IMG/VR virus record: IMGVR_UViG_3300033273_000833 | Coordinates: 128,001 to 192,000 of that record | Strand: one strand, 5' to 3' | Length of the DNA: 64,000 nt | Source of the DNA: a virus | Lineage: Duplodnaviria; Caudoviricetes | Part shown: piece after piece, positions 63,326 through 64,000 of the stretch | How positions within the stretch are numbered: position 1 is the stretch's first letter | Layout of the letters: each line of letters starts with the position of its first letter | Translations under genes and position numbers: made by a program | The notes under the pieces: model-generated | Database searches by the model: none | Told to the model about the DNA's origin: nothing | Seen by the model: only the letters and a program-made list of their open reading frames with translations

Positions 63326-64000
63326 TTATTGTTTTGGATTGGCTCCCATCAACTCAATTAAATCATTCATATCCAGCGATCCGCCTTTTTTCTTAGCTTC
63401 TTCGTATAATGAGACTTCTTTTGGGCCATTTTCTTTATCCACGCCCATATATTCATAGTCTTGCTCGGTTGCTCCGAATACAGTTGTGGCCCCTCTTTTA
63501 TCCTCATCTTTTGATAATGTTTCTTTATTTTTATCAGAAGAGTTGGCGAAATCTAATAAAGCCAAAGGATCTTTCTTGATATGCTCTGGTATTTTTTCGT
63601 GTTTTTCTAAAATAGATTTAAATATTCTACTATATACTATTAACCTTATTTGATGTTGTGTTAAAAAACAGACAGGCTTACCGTAAAATTGAGTCGAGTC
63701 TTCGCAAAAAGGCATGTATGGAAAAAAGAATTCTTCTAAGCAAATTTTTTGTATATTATATTCTGATATATCATTATGCCATTTATTATGTAGCGTTATT
63801 ATTTCTGTTAATTCAGATCTTGATATAGAGTCGTATTGTTCTTTTGTAAATAAATGTGTTTTTAGTGATTCGTCTTTATAAAAACATTGTAGTATGTAAT
63901 AATCATTTACTCTTTCTTTCGCATATCTTTCGGCAGTTCTACCAAGGAGCTCATCCTTTTCTTCTATCTTTTTATTTAATTCAATTTGTATATCTGATAT
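63326..64000 (-). CDS. Partial protein upstream of tape measure (tail assembly chaperone-like)
   Basis: Frame is open from window edge through the ORF-track segment; position immediately before tape measure gene. Confidence 0.55.
   Translation of the reverse strand: MSDIQIELNKKIEEKDELLGRTAERYAKERVNDYYILQCFYKDESLKTHLFTKEQYDSISRSELTEIITLHNKWHNDISEYNIQKICLEEFFFPYMPFCEDSTQFYGKPVCFLTQHQIRLIVYSRIFKSILEKHEKIPEHIKKDPLALLDFANSSDKNKETLSKDEDKRGATTVFGATEQDYEYMGVDKENGPKEVSLYEEAKKKGGSLDMNDLIELMGANPKQ

Noticed and set aside
63700-63740. Programmed -1 frameshift in the tail chaperone (TTC TTT TTT)
   Set aside because: Does not form an in-frame XXXYYYZ heptamer, and the frame is already open to the gene before the tape measure
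1-64000. tRNA/tmRNA genes, introns/inteins, DGR, integrase
   Set aside because: No T-loop GTTCRA/CCA cloverleaf, no reverse transcriptase or recombinase motifs; terL, portal and capsid are uninterrupted and normal-sized
1-64000. Stop-codon reassignment
   Set aside because: Long genes read through in the standard code, and TAA, TAG and TGA all end genes at coupled junctions

Overview
The window is part of a large, AT-rich tailed dsDNA bacteriophage genome (Caudoviricetes), with no cellular core genes, tRNAs or CRISPR arrays detected. It has two parts. (1) 1-24.4 kb is an early/accessory region of about 70 mostly tiny ORFs, including rIIA/rIIB, DUF932, a gp88-like protein and a stand-alone WYL-like domain. 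These are driven by many strong sigma70-type promoters, most placed so the transcript would start on the ATG (leaderless). The region also holds a candidate ~330-nt structured non-coding RNA with an rrn-type boxA, a four-box MraZ-like array in a 0.5-kb AT-rich gap, and a family of 27-bp degenerate palindromes held in helical phase with nearby promoters. (2) 24.5-64 kb is a late region: PhoH, a phage sigma factor with a Cys-rich insert, an ERCC4 nuclease, terminase, portal, prohead protease/scaffold and major capsid protein. On the opposite strand are tail fibres, a 2003-aa tube-like/17xFN3 protein and a 2940-aa tape measure protein. Late genes are preceded by GTGTAA, most often 8 nt before the start codon. 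Weak protein-level hints (SHD1-like lipoprotein, CC1-like small protein) suggest a PVC-superphylum host such as Verrucomicrobiota; this is inference only. All family assignments come from motif recognition by eye, not database searches.
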